A stretch of DNA of 64,000 nucleotides from Antedon mediterranea (lineage: Eukaryota > Animalia > Echinodermata). The position numbers and the translations under genes are program-made. Below are positions 26,306 to 38,671 of the stretch, piece after piece. The stretch is taken from positions 35,594,437-35,658,436 of the forward strand of contig NC_092672.1 of the NCBI RefSeq assembly GCF_964355755.1, written 5' to 3'. The first letter of the stretch is position 1; each line of letters opens with the position of its first letter. The notes beneath the pieces were generated by a model. The model had not been told where the DNA came from. It made no database searches and saw only the letters and a list, made by a program, of their open reading frames with translations.

Positions 26306-27726
26306 TCTATTATTATAAGTGAGAGAGTTTGTCTGTCTGTTTGTTTGTCTGTTTGTTTGTTATACAAAATTTTGTTACTGCACATAATCTTACATATGGG
26401 GTATCAAAATGACCGCAATTGTACCGGGAATGTTCTAAGCTATATTTCAACATCATCCGCCACCTAGGATCCAAGTTAGGGACCAAAATGTGGTCAAAAC
26501 CCCCACTTTCGATGTTTGTTCGTTATACAAATTTCTGTTTCTGCACGTAACCATGCGTATGGGGTATCAAAATGATGGCAATTGTACCCGGAAGGTTTTA
26601 AACTACATTTAAAAAAATTCCCCCGGCTCTTGGGGTTTTTGTCGGAGGGGTGGTGGGTGGGGGGGGGGGGGGTGGTGTGGTGGTTTGTGATGTTATTTTT
26701 GCTAGGGCTCGGGGTTGTAGGCTATCGAATTGTAAAATTATACTACAAAAGTTTTACAGTATTTTAATTATCCTCAGCAAGGTGTTTGGGGAAATATAGA
26801 TATAGATATACATATTTTATTCATTAACCAATATGACACCTATTCAATTACACATTTAGCAAAGTACTTTAACCATATCCAGCTATGTATCGGTCTCTTG
26901 GATTTTCTCATTACAGACATCAATTCCTGTGTGAACATACACACGTTGTTTACCGTTACTGTGTTCAACTACATCACGATGCCTCCAAGGAAAAAACTTT
27001 GGGGTTGGGAGTTGTGCTTCAGGGGATAGTGGGGGTTTTGCTTAGACCAGAATTGTGTTTGGAAAATGTTAAAGTATTTAATTATTCCTGGGAAGCGGCT
27101 GGGACTTTGGGGTGGGGATGTAGGTCTATCACAATGACCGAAACTGTATTTGGAATGTTTTAAACTACATTTGAAAACTGCCACTGAGGGATTATGGGTT
27201 GGGAGTGATAATAACATAATTTGTACTGGAACCAGCTTCAACACATCACCCAGTGTATCTGGGGTGTGTTTGTAGGGGGAGGAGGAGCGAAATTGCGTAA
27301 TGAAGTAGCCTATATGATTGGATTGTACTAGGAAAAGTTACTAAATTTGAACTGTCCAGGGGAGGAGTTAAGGTTTGTTGATGGTGGCTGGGGTGGTGAA
27401 AGAAGAAAGAAGGCTGGGGACCGCAGTATCTAAATTACATATTTTAATTATCAGCCAATATGACACCTATTTATTTACACAATTTACAACGTACTTCAAC
27501 CATTATTAGACCCATCGTAGCTATGCATACTCCTCTCAGTTCGAAGCTTAGGTTGAATTGAATTTGTCCATCACTGGGAAGAATTTGTTTTTAAGAAAGA
27601 GTATGGGGTGTTATTGAAGAGGGGTGGAGGTTGGTGAGTATAGACAGATACTGCCGTCGGTTGTTATGTACTGAGAAGGCTGTAAACTAATTTTGAAACC
27701 CGCCCTGGGGCGGGTATAATTGCTAG
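26306..27726 (+). mobile_element. Non-autonomous Helitron
   Basis: A|TCTATTATTATAA 5' end, (GTTT/GTCT)n, GC hairpin ACCCGCCC-TG-GGGCGGGT at 27698-27715, CTAG|T 3' end. Confidence 0.85.
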
Positions 27727-27861
27727 TTCCAGATAAATCCCATCTCAAATTGTTTATACCAAAAATCATCAGTGCGATTTAGTTAGGCCTACTTATTATT
27801 ATTCATCATAAATGACCGAATTATTAATAGTTAGTTTTTAATGACACCCGGGTTTACGTAC

Positions 27862-28001
27862 CTTATGATGTGGTTAATAAACTTGGAACACCAGCAGTTG
27901 CAGAGCAGCAATAACTTTATATCTGGCGCTCAACAACCGGCAGCAGCAGAAGATTACATAGAAGGAACTCTCTACAGTCACACCCTCCATGGCTTTTTAT
28001 A
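27862..28001 (-). promoter_or_regulatory. Candidate first (non-coding) exon with TATA box of the SLC43 gene (distal)
   Basis: Minus-strand TATAAAAA at 27994-28001 and AAG|gtacgt donor at 27861, about 130 bp downstream. Confidence 0.45.
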
Positions 28002-29295
28002 ATATACGCTCCTCCTATATTCTAGATGCTTCCACTTTTTGTGGGGGGTTAAGTTACCGGCGTGCACACAGTCTGTCAAAAATACATTTTCCATCGCTTC
28101 TTTAAGCTCTTTAAATTTATTTGTTATATACCACCAATATCAAATAACCTGCCAATATTCAATTATTTAAAAACGTTTCTTTATTAAATAGTTTATTCAT
28201 TTTGCTTGTCCCTGCCGCCGCATATTCCATTGTTTTCCAACGATATCTGAAGTAAAAAAACTTTCGAACAGTGTATCCCAAGAGGTCAACACACTTTCTT
28301 AAGATGACGTCTTGTATTTTGTTTTAGTCGCACTATAGATCATCATGACAAATGTGACGTGATGGTGCGCGCGCATGTTGACGAACGTGGTGTAAAAAAA
28401 TGATTGATTCTGCTCCCTCTCTCAGATGTGGTAGTATAATTATAATTAAATAATATTAAACTTACTGAGTCTATAGAAAGAATATATATCACGGTGTTAT
28501 ATAATACATTTTATTTTTCTGCATCTCTCTAATTATTTTCATTTTATATTCCTGTGTACCCAGTGACATCACCAAGAGATATTTACCTTTATTTCACTAA
28601 CCTTTATTTCACTTAACTCAATAAATATTCAAGTATTTCTCTTGAATTGTATTCACTAAGCCCAAGTGTAATGGTGAATACGGCGGCCATCGATCTCCAT
28701 CCAATGCATGGAATCGGGAGACCATGAGCTATATTGTTGTGTAACATAAAAAGGGCTCTATAAAAAAAATTGGGGGGAAAAAACTTCCAAAAAACAACAA
28801 GTTGTCCATCAGCATCTAATCTAACACTGGGTTTCATGTTTAGAAATCAAATCAATTGTTTAATTCTCTCGGCGTTTCGGTTTTCTTTTCAGTTTGAAAC
28901 GCCATGTGTGCCAAAATATTTGATCTTTTTACCAAATTAAGTCTAGAACCTAGACTATTAATCATTTTCTGAGTCATTTAAAATGAGCCAAAGATTGTAT
29001 ATGATCTTTGTTCCAGTATTCCAGTAACTATTATTATGTATGATTGTTTTTAATGTTATATTGATTTGAATTAGAATACAGAAAAAAAATGACCCTGTCA
29101 TGATATTCGAGTTTTAAACTGTGTTTCGACTAGTCTAATGCTCTGTCTATACTATCAATCCAGTTTGACAACATAACGTTTGATAGTGGTAGACAGAGCT
29201 TAAAGTATACATGAGTACTTGAGCGTGATTAATAATATTATATAGCCCCCTCAATCTGATCGTCTTCTTGCAGCATTACATCTTATTAATTTGCG

Positions 29296-29435
29296 ATGGC
29301 GGCGTCGGCCAGTACAAAGTGTTTTTATGCGTTTATTGTCTCTCTAATAAGTATATACACATTAATTTACTTGTATTCACCGCTGCATACTGCAAGTCTT
29401 GGTTCAGTTCATCCTAAAGTAAAGTATCCTAAAAA
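29296..29435 (+). CDS. Orphan ST8Sia-like exon 1 (cytoplasmic tail plus type II signal anchor)
   Basis: MAASASTKCFYAFIVSLISIYTLIYLYSPLHTASLGSVHPKVKYPK then AA|gtaagt (phase 2); clearly paralogous to exon 1 at 58742. Confidence 0.75.
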
Positions 29436-29866
29436 GTAAGTAGGCCATACAGGAAATTTTACTGTAAGCGACTCTCAATCTACCACCGGTATTAACATTT
29501 ATTTAGGCCTATTTAAATGTAATACCTCAGGAACATAAATATACGGAAACGGATTAGCATTGTATTCATATAAGATTCCTATGTGAAATGGTGTGATAAA
29601 TAATAGATCTAGGCGGGGTCAAGGGCGGTTTCATACTCTCCTCCATTATGTGCCAGCAATTTCATAAGCCTCCTATAACTTAAAAGTTCTTGATTTCAGT
29701 TTGGGTCAAAATGTATTGTGGCGGATGTTAAACAAACAAAGCTTTAGAGTCCCCAAATCTTTCCGAAATCTGTTTGTAAGACTCTAACTTTTGTTATCGA
29801 TTGTAAGTAGGGAATTTAAAGATGAAGCATGCCGGAAATTCATACAAATCATTATTCGACCCTTAG

Positions 29867-29926
29867 ATCATCATGGACGACTAAGCTGTATAGACACATT
29901 AACGAAACAGCGGCAAATGTGATAAG
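29867..29926 (+). CDS. Possible short ST8Sia stem exon (phase 2-2)
   Basis: cttag|A...ATAAG|gtaggt, 60 bp, open (SSWTTKLYRHINETAANVI); 3' half homologous to the exon at 53342-53455. Confidence 0.45.
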
Positions 29927-30680
29927 GTAGGTGTTTTTTTCCTTTTTTAATGAGATTTCATATTTTTGTTACATACTTATTTTGAATAAATACATTTCTT
30001 TGTAATCAACCAGTTCTTGTTCCTCTTATTTTGTTTTTGCATTTACTGTATATAATATAACACCAAAGGCGCCAAATATTAATTCTGAACCGCACGGGTG
30101 ATATTCTAAAAAATTAATTATATACAGTATAATATACTGTACATATATTTCTTTTTATATTTCTTTTTTTATATGTTAAGATTCCCATTTGACTTACAGA
30201 TGTAGATCAATAAATATAATTATACAATTCATCATTAAAATAGGGTTTTTTTTAATGGAAACAAAACAAAATGGTAGGTTTGTTAATAATTTTAAAATAT
30301 GACAGACTGTCTTTGTCTTCTTCTTCTTCTTTACATGAATCTTGTTCAAATAATATGTCTAACCATCTTGATGTATCATGTTAATTACTTTATAGTCATG
30401 GTTTTATCGATTGTTAGAGCTTAGGGAATTTATAGATAAATACTGACTTACAGATTGACTGTCACAATCTTATTGTTGCTCCCGGTGCCTCCCGGTCTTT
30501 CTTTTGTGCTGACAGATGTTGTGCAAATAGGTCTAACCATCTTATTAATGTATTATGTTTATCTACTTTATAGTCAACAATCACAAAGGGTATGTACGTA
30601 TGTGAAGATTAAAAAGTTGGAGAATTATTATTATTATTATTATTATGGCGAAATAACTCTCAATGAATTTTTGCTTGAGC

Positions 30681-30970
30681 AAGTTGGAACCAAGTTGTTT
30701 GGTTCCCAAGTTGGAACCAAGTTGTTTGGTTCTCAAGTTGGAACCAAGTTTTTTGGTTCTCAAGTTGGAACCAAGTTTTTTGGTTCTCAAGTTGGAACCA
30801 ATCTATTGGTTCTCAAGTTGGAACCAAGTTGTTTGGTTATCAAGTTGGGACAAAGTTTTTTGGTTCCAAAGTTGGAACCAAGTTGTTTGGTTCCCAAGTT
30901 GAAACAAAGTTGTTTGCTACTCAAGTTGAAACCAAGTTGTTTGCTTCTTAAGTTGGAACCAAGTTGTTTT
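30681..30970. repeat. Palindromic 24-bp minisatellite (continues at 36341-36447)
   Basis: Unit CAAGTTGGAACCAAGTTGTTTGGTTC(C/T), in tandem. Confidence 0.95.
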
Positions 30971-32046
30971 AGGCTAGTCAATCTAGCAAAAAATACCAGC
31001 CTAATGTGAAACAAATTGCAAACAGAGATTTTTCTTTTTTAAATGGTCATATATGATGAGGAGATCAAAATTTGAGCATCACACCTCTGTCACTCATCCC
31101 GATGATATGCAAATTAGCCTAAATATGCAAATTAGGGTGAAATTACAGGGTTACCATATCTCAAAAACTACTAGTCCGAGAGAGTTGATTTTTTCACTGA
31201 TCTATTTAAAATGTATATATTTATATTTACTCTAATGAAACATTTTACGAAAAAATGACCGGAAGTACAACATTTGACCTTCGACCCCATTTCTCAATGT
31301 TTGCATATACAATGTGACTAAAATGTATGTACAGACTTTGTTTTGGCCTCAAATGACTCGGATACAGGTTTTATATAGCCAGTATAAGTCAAGCACCTCG
31401 AAAGTATGCAAATTAGTAGTACAAGCTATATGAAATATGCAAATTACAGTGAATTGCCTTATGTATCTCGAAAACGCTAATGACCGAGAGAGAGAGAGAT
31501 ATGGCAACTTTCTTGTACTACTGATTTGCATACTTTCAAGCGAAGAACAGAGGTGTGATTTTGAGAATTACTAAACAGTTCTATGCTGGCTATAGAAAAT
31601 CTGTATCTGGGTCATTATCGAAAAAAAAAATTATCGAAAGTATGACATTTGACCCTCGAACCTATTTCTTAATATTTGCATATAATGCAACTAAAATGTA
31701 TGTACAGACTTTGTTTTGGCCTCAAATGACTTGGATACAGGTTTTATATAGCCAGTATAGGATCGTTTAGTAATTCCAAAAGTCAAGCAACTCGAAATTA
31801 TGCAAATTATTAGTACAAGTTATATGAAATATGCAAATTACAGCCTTATGTATCTCGAAAAACGCTAATGACCGATAGAGATATGGCAACTTTCGCCTCT
31901 TGCACTACTAATTTGCATATTTTCTAGGGAAGTAACAAAGGTGTGATTTTGAGAATTACTAACAGTTCTATGCTGGCTATAGAAAACCTGTATCTGAGGC
32001 ATTTGAGGCCAAAACAGTCTGTACAGATATTTTAGTTGAATTATGT

Positions 32047-34986
32047 GGGTGAGTGGCCGAGCGGTTAAGACAGTGGAACCGTAATCACGTAGCCATAACA
32101 TCGGCAGAGGTTCGAGGCTCACTCACTCCATGGTTCTGGTGGTAGAACGAGTCTTCTCGGATAAGGACTATAAACCGTATAGGTCCAGTGTACACAACTT
32201 GCTCGTGTGCACTTTAAAGATGTATTGTCCCCCAAAAAATGAAAAATAAAGATGAAAAATAATCAAATTTTGAATAGACCGATTTGTAGTTAACATAAAC
32301 TTATTCACTTCCACCGAAAAAAAATCCGAAAAAAATATTGATTTCGCTTATAAAAAAATCAAAATAAGTTTACCATTTTTTCGAACTCATCGGCTCAGAA
32401 ATTAGGCCGGTAGAGCTAACTCATACATATGCATGATATGTTAATGAGCATCCACACAGCAGAGATCTGATCTAACAATGGACGATGCACGTTGTATGTA
32501 CAACACCACCAGAGAGATCGACGCGACTCGACTGTGGGTTTCCCTGGCCTGATCGTATAAATATGTAAAGCTGAGCTGTTAATTTGTCGGTAAGTAGGCC
32601 TAGACGGTTATTTTAAATATAATAATATATATAACGCAATAATAACAGGAAGGTAAATTAATTAACTTAGCCTGGGATTTTTTCAGTTCAGGGCTAGGCC
32701 TAGTAATATGCTGCTGCATATTACTAGGCTAGTAGCAAGCAGACTGATGTGACAATTGGGTCCCTGCAGAAGATGCCCAGCTAGGCCCTATACATTGTAC
32801 TCTTCATAGACTGGCCTAGGCTATATGCCATCAATCTTAGCTACATTCCGAAAATACAGCCAGCTTGCTGTACCATATACAGTTGAAGCTTGTTAACTAA
32901 TTTTTATGATAAAAATAAAACAAACATTTTTCAGGGAAAATGGTTGCAATACAAGCCTGAAATTGAGAACCTTCCAGCAGCACTGTACAAGTAGACAGAG
33001 GGGAAAAGCCAGCTTAGCCATTTTACAACACAAACAAATGTTCTCTGTACTGTAGTAAGTCAAATATTTATTTTCTATTTTTATAAGTTATAACATTATA
33101 AGTAATGTGTTTTAATTACCATAGAAAGGTAGTATACTTATTTGACTATGTCAAAGTAAGCAATTTCACTAGCCCAATTTTGCACTAAATATGCATGATC
33201 TATTTTTTCCAGATTTTCATACTTTGCTTTTACTTTTTTTAAAGACGTTGAGCTGATGAAGACTGGAACAGAGGTCACCCAAAGACAACAATGATAGACT
33301 CGGTATTGGAATATGATTGGATATTGCAGGAAAAATATTTCTGACTCTCCTGCTGCATTCGGCCAATATGTTCTTGTCCAGCTTGTAAAATATTGTATAA
33401 TTTTTTTTGTATTATAATTATGTACAGTATATTATTTTGTAAACATAACATTCAATAAATATAAACAAAAACTACTACAACAGTACACAGGATAAATTCT
33501 TCAAATTTACTTACACTTCATAATTTTACTGTAAATATTACAGTGCAAAAGGAGTTAATAAAATATATATATCAGGGAAAAATTTCATTTTAAAATTTTG
33601 TTTAGCAATATTGCGAATCAAACTGATTTTTTAGTCGAGAATCATAGTTTTCTATCGTATTTTTTGCTACACAATTGTAGAAATGTGTAGCAAGAAGGTT
33701 GTTTTGTATAGCTTTTTGCTATGCTACACTGGCGAAATTATTCCCTGTATATACAGTATATCTTATTGAATTCCTGTATTGTTTTTTGTGTCAATTTGTC
33801 TACTAATTATCAATGTGTTGATTGTGGCAGTAATTACAACAGCTATAGTCTTCTAAGATCGCTCACATCCATTACAAAGTGTCATTTTAATAGTAAGAAA
33901 CGTTTCAATAAATTGTGAATGTTGCCACTGTACGATACATTTTATGTTTCTCACTACTTGCTCTTATTGTTCAATCAATCAACCTAAAAAAAAAAGAAAT
34001 TTGTGTCAAAATATCTGCATAAAATGTTTATTTGCGGAATGTTAATTTGAACCTATTGCATTTGATACAGAAAATATTTTTAAAATATTGCATCAGTAAA
34101 AACATCCAAAACAATATTTAGATTTTCTTTTTTTTTAAATTTTCACTGCCGAATAGATAGTTGAAATCTTTAAAAATTAAACCAATTCATCATGATTAAA
34201 ACAAAAATACATCCCTTCTGGTGGTGGTCTACTGTAGCCCTAGCTAGCAGTGTACTGCCTAGGCCTACTACACTCTACTTCTAGAGACAGAAGTAGGCAG
34301 CAGTTAGGCTACTCGAGACTGTCAGTGCTAGTACTAGTACAGTAGCAGCAAATTCGGGCCTAGGCCTAGCTAGGCCTCTCCTGTTAGCGAAACAAAAACT
34401 CACCTAAATGAACAAGATTCAACATCAAAGTTACCAACTGTAATTCTAACTTATGCATTCTGCTAGCTATAGTTTTCATGTTTTCTTCAAGATTCGTCTC
34501 GCATCACTACTCGACTCTCCCGCACGCATGCATTGCTATCGTTGTTGGCTGTTGATTTGGAAAGCATCACATCCACACGATGTATCCATACAATATGAAT
34601 ATTTATGAGCTAACTCAGGTCAAGGGTTAAATTAAACCGGAACACATTTGTCTTCCAGACAAATAGCTTCCGGTTGGTTAATTTTTGCATTAAATTGCGA
34701 TTTTCCCGTGTAAAAAATTATTTTTTTCAATCCAAATTGAGGTCAAAGTGAATAACTTTTATGTGCAATTAAAATGGCCTATTCAACAAAAATATTGAAA
34801 ATTTTTTTTTTTTCAGGGAGACAATACATCTTTAAAGAACCTAGTACATCTTTCGAGACGAGTAGGGGGTTACCCCGGTGTATTAGTACATCACAGCCAC
34901 TGATCACCAACTGGGCCCTCTGGGAGACCAGTCTTTGACTGAAGAGGTTACCCAGTATAAATATATATTTCAATCAATCAATCAAT
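32047..34986 (+). mobile_element. tRNA-derived Deu/Nin-domain SINE (32047-32217 + 34832-34986), split by a Kolobok element
   Basis: A box TGGCCGAGCGG, B box GGTTCGAGGC, core tcggataaggactataaaccg..aggtcc..ttaaagaacc..gagtagggg, (TCAA)n tail. Confidence 0.85.
32218..34831. mobile_element. Kolobok-type DNA transposon, non-autonomous, 2.6 kb
   Basis: TTAA|AGATGTATTGTC...GACAATACATCT|TTAA; a TTAA TSD with AG..CT termini fits Kolobok rather than piggyBac. Confidence 0.85.
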
Positions 34987-36769
34987 TTCAATATGAAAAT
35001 ATTGAGAAATAGGGTCGAGAGTCAAATGTCATAATTCAATCAAGACAATTTTTGCGTAAAATGTTTCATTACAGCGAATATAAATATGTACATTCTGAAT
35101 CAACTCTGAATTCAAATCAATTCTCTAGCATTAATGGTTTTCGAGATATGGGAAGACTGTAATTTCACCCCTAATTTGCATATTTCATGTAACTTGTACT
35201 AATAATTTGCATACTTTCAAGGTGTGTGACAAAGATGTGATTTTGGGAATTACAAAGTGGTCCTATGCTGACAATAGGAAAACTGTATCCGAGTCATTTG
35301 AAAAAAAAATTATCTACAGACATTTTAGTCGCATTATGTATGCAAACATTGATAAATATGGTCAAGGGTCAATTGTTGTATTTCCGGTCATATTTTCGTA
35401 AAATGTTTCATTAGAGCAAATATAAATATGTACATTCTGAACAAGTTTTTGAAAAAATCAACTCTCTACCTTAGCGGTTTTCGATACATATAGGAACCTG
35501 TAATTTCACCCCCTAATTTGCATATTTCATGTAACTTGTACTAATAATTTGCATACTTTGAAAGTGAGTGATACAGGTGTGATTTTGAGATTTACTAAAC
35601 ATTCCTATGTTGGCTATTAGAAACCTGTATCCGAGTCATTTGAGGGCAAAACAAAGTCTCTACAGACATTTTAGTTTTCATTATATATGCAATATTGAGA
35701 AATGGGGTCGAGGGTCAAATGTCATACTTCCGGGCATTTCTTTGTAAAATGTCTCATTACAGCAAATATAAATATACACATTTTAAATATTTTAGTGAAA
35801 AAAATCAACACCCTACTAGCATTAGCGGTTTTCGAGATATGGCAACGCTGTAATTTCAATCCCTAATTTGCATATTTAATATTACTTGTACTACTAATTT
35901 GCATACTTTCAAGGTGCGTGACGAAGTTGTGATTTTGGGAATTATAATACAGTTCTATGGGGGGTATTGAAAAACAATATCCAAGTCATTGAGTCCAAAA
36001 TAAAGTCTCTACAGACATTTTAATCACATATTTATGTAAATATTGAGAAATGGGGTCAAGGGTCAAAATTTGGTACTTCCGGACATTTTTATGTAAAATG
36101 TCTCATTAGAGCAAATATAAATATATATATTCTGAACCAGACTGTGCAAAAATGAACTCTCTACGATTAGTAGTTTTTAAGATATGGTAACCCTGTAATT
36201 TCACCCTAATTTGAATATTTAAGCTAATTGTGTCAGAGGTGTGATGCTCAAAAAATAATCATCTTATCATATGTAACCATTTTTAAAAAAAAATCTCTGT
36301 TTGCAATTTGTTTCACTCAAAATGCTAGATTGACTAGCCTTTGGTTCTCAAGTTGGAACCAAGTTGTTTGGTTCCCAAGTTGGAACCAAGTTGTTTGGTT
36401 CCTAAGTTGGAACCAAGTTTATTTTGGTTTCCAAGTTGAAACCAAGCTTGGTTTTCACTTGGTTACTTGGACGTAACGCAAGTAGTGTAGATTGTAGTTA
36501 TTATAACAAATACGCATGTCGTACCGTATTTAAAAGACAATAATAGCATAGGCCTACATGAATAAACAGAGGTGCCAATACAGGTCAACATAAAAGAATG
36601 TTTCTATTATCTATTATACAATATAACCGTTTGCAAAAACCACACTTATTTCGACGGTGGTGAAGCAGAACGATAATAAAGCCTTTAAAATAAAGCCTGC
36701 GTATAATGTTATAAAAGAGAATGTATAATGTGTTTCAATTACTACAATCGTTAACCGGTAATTATTTTT

Positions 36770-36885
36770 GTAATAAGGCAATATACATGACTGCATGCTC
36801 AAAATTTGAGTTAGTGTTTGCCGACCGACCGACCGACCGACCGACCGATATAGTGAGCTGTAGAGTCGCGTTGCAGGCGACTAAT
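36770..36885 (-). mobile_element. Short HINE relative (also at ~58118-58220)
   Basis: (CCGA)n plus tagtgagctgtagagtcgcgttgca.gcgacta terminus, similar to the long HINE. Confidence 0.6.
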
Positions 36886-36906
36886 AAAATAGTTCTTTTT
36901 CTTTGT

Positions 36907-36948
36907 TGGTTACATCGCCTTGTAATCGTCATCCTAAAACATTCTGAC
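36907..36948 (+). pseudogene. Remnant of an ST8Sia last exon (LVTSPCNRHPKTF*), followed by 3' flank
   Basis: ttggttacatcgccttgtaatcgtcatcctaaaacattctga matches 41380-41421, and the downstream sequence is also similar. Confidence 0.75.
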
Positions 36949-37326
36949 ATCCATAGGCCTACGAGTTGCATTTAACCATATCAATTAATCTGTTCATTGG
37001 ACGCACAACACAACGACGTAGTCAACGCAGATGAGTTGACCAATCACAACCGATAATACGGATGATCCATCGCGTCCTTTTTGGCCAAATTGCTTGCGTG
37101 CGCTTACGTCCTTGCGTTGCGCGCCAAGTGGAAACCAAGCACCTGAATAAAATAATTATATGGTGCACGAAAAGAAACTTTATTACATACAAATATGTCC
37201 TTCGGTGAAAAAAATACTTTTTAGATAGGCCTAGTTTTGGCTAAACACAAGAAAATAAAAGTGTGCCAAAATATTCTATCTTTTTAACAAATTAAATAGT
37301 GCAGACAGGGCTTGAATACTTGAGCA

Positions 37327-38439
37327 TCTATATATAAATTATGGTTAATTCTGACATAGGCGAGCACAATGCAAAAACTTCGGTACAAATCTCCGCCTTG
37401 GATACCTACCTTATCTATCCGAGATGTACCGCGAAACGTAGATTTGATAACATTAGTGTTCACGCCGACGCTATTGTTCCATATTTATATCTTAGGAAGA
37501 TATTATCTTCCCGGTCAAAGTAATTTCCGGGTTTAAGATAAGTTCACCTTGCAACGACCTGGTTTCAAATATTTTCTCTCTTTTAAACACAAGGGAGCAG
37601 TTAAAATAATAGATTTGACCCTAAAGGTGACTGGAAACAGGCACTTTCCTGCAAATTAATAAAGATCAAATTAAATATACGCCATAAAGAATCAGAATAT
37701 ATTGTGGGGAATAGTATTATAAAATTACATAGGGAGATTTGATGATAAGACATTTTTCGAGTGAAATCCCGATAGCTGAGTTTTATTGAGTAAGCTTGCA
37801 GGAATAACTGTAGGCTATCTTCCTGTGTCCCGTTAGGACCGAGATGTCTGCCCATGTCTTCTTTCTTGGGCCCACTCTGTCACGGCAGTTAGTTTCAAAA
37901 GATGATTAAATTAAATAATGTATTAATAATTATTAGGATGGTATTCATTTGAATAAACGCCTCTCCAATAAAACATCACTTTGAATAATAACCCCCACCC
38001 CCTACCCCCTCCCCCACCCCCAACCCAACTATCTAATAAACGTCCATCCACATATTTATAATAACACAATTATACTATTTGTAGTAGAATTCACCGCACT
38101 GTTATCTACAATTTACCTAGCATTTGTTATTCTTTTTTACCACTTTTCATATCTATTAGAGGATTTCATTTGATTTAATTTAACATATATCCCTCGAATA
38201 AGCACCTCCCTCAAATGACATCCGCCTCCACAAAGGGCCCTACCAAACAATAAAAACTATACTTTCAAATGTTATTAATCATCTAAAACACTGTGAAACG
38301 AAGTAGTTTAGTTTTACGAATGTCAAGCATTTTCAATAATGGTAACCGACAGAAAACGTATAAGGAGAACATTATCATTCCGAGAACCATCGTCTACACT
38401 TCCTAGAGGGGGAGCGAGCGAAGCGAGCTCACCCTCTAG
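37327..38439 (+). mobile_element. Non-autonomous Helitron upstream of ST8Sia copy A
   Basis: gagcA|TCTATATATAA ... hairpin ... CTAG|Tgattaataat; the paralog has the uninterrupted site gagcatgattaataat near 58669-58684. Confidence 0.88.
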
Positions 38440-38511
38440 TGATTAATAATGTATAGGATAGCCCCCTCAATCTGATCCTCTTTTTGCAGAGTTACATTTT
38501 ATTAATTTGCG

Positions 38512-38613
38512 ATGGCGTCAGCCAGTACAAAGTGTGCGTTTATTGTTTCTCTTGCATTAATTATATACACATTAATTTACTTGTATTCACCGCCGCATAC
38601 TACAAGTTTTTGA
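38512..38613 (+). pseudogene. Disabled ST8Sia-like exon 1 of copy A (splice donor deleted, premature TGA)
   Basis: Near-identical to 58742-58840 but lacks about 65 bp that include the AG|gtacgt donor; reads MASASTKCAFIVSLALIIYTLIYLYSPPHTTSF*. Confidence 0.8.
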
Positions 38614-38671
38614 GCGCGATCTAGGAACAAGTAGAGTTAGGTCAGTTTACGTGATGTTTCGTCAGTCACCT

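Larger units (their letters stand above)
30971..36340. mobile_element. Foldback-like DNA transposon with long modular inverted arms (superfamily unassigned)
   Basis: TIR AGGCTAGTCAATCTAGCA...TGCTAGATTGACTAGCCT; imperfect inverted similarity over several hundred bp; internal ~340-400 bp subrepeats; it splits a minisatellite. Confidence 0.82.

Noticed and set aside
30455-31014. Repetitive ORFs (VPKLEPSC / GSQVGTKL), also at 38733-39559, 57357-57879 and 60750-61273
   Set aside because: They are translations of the minisatellite, open in several frames on both strands, with no splice or domain support.
32047-32125. tRNA genes (also near 16960-17038, 53760-53830, 55876-55930, 59512-59600)
   Set aside because: A/B boxes are present but there is no complete cloverleaf, and they continue into SINE body sequence.
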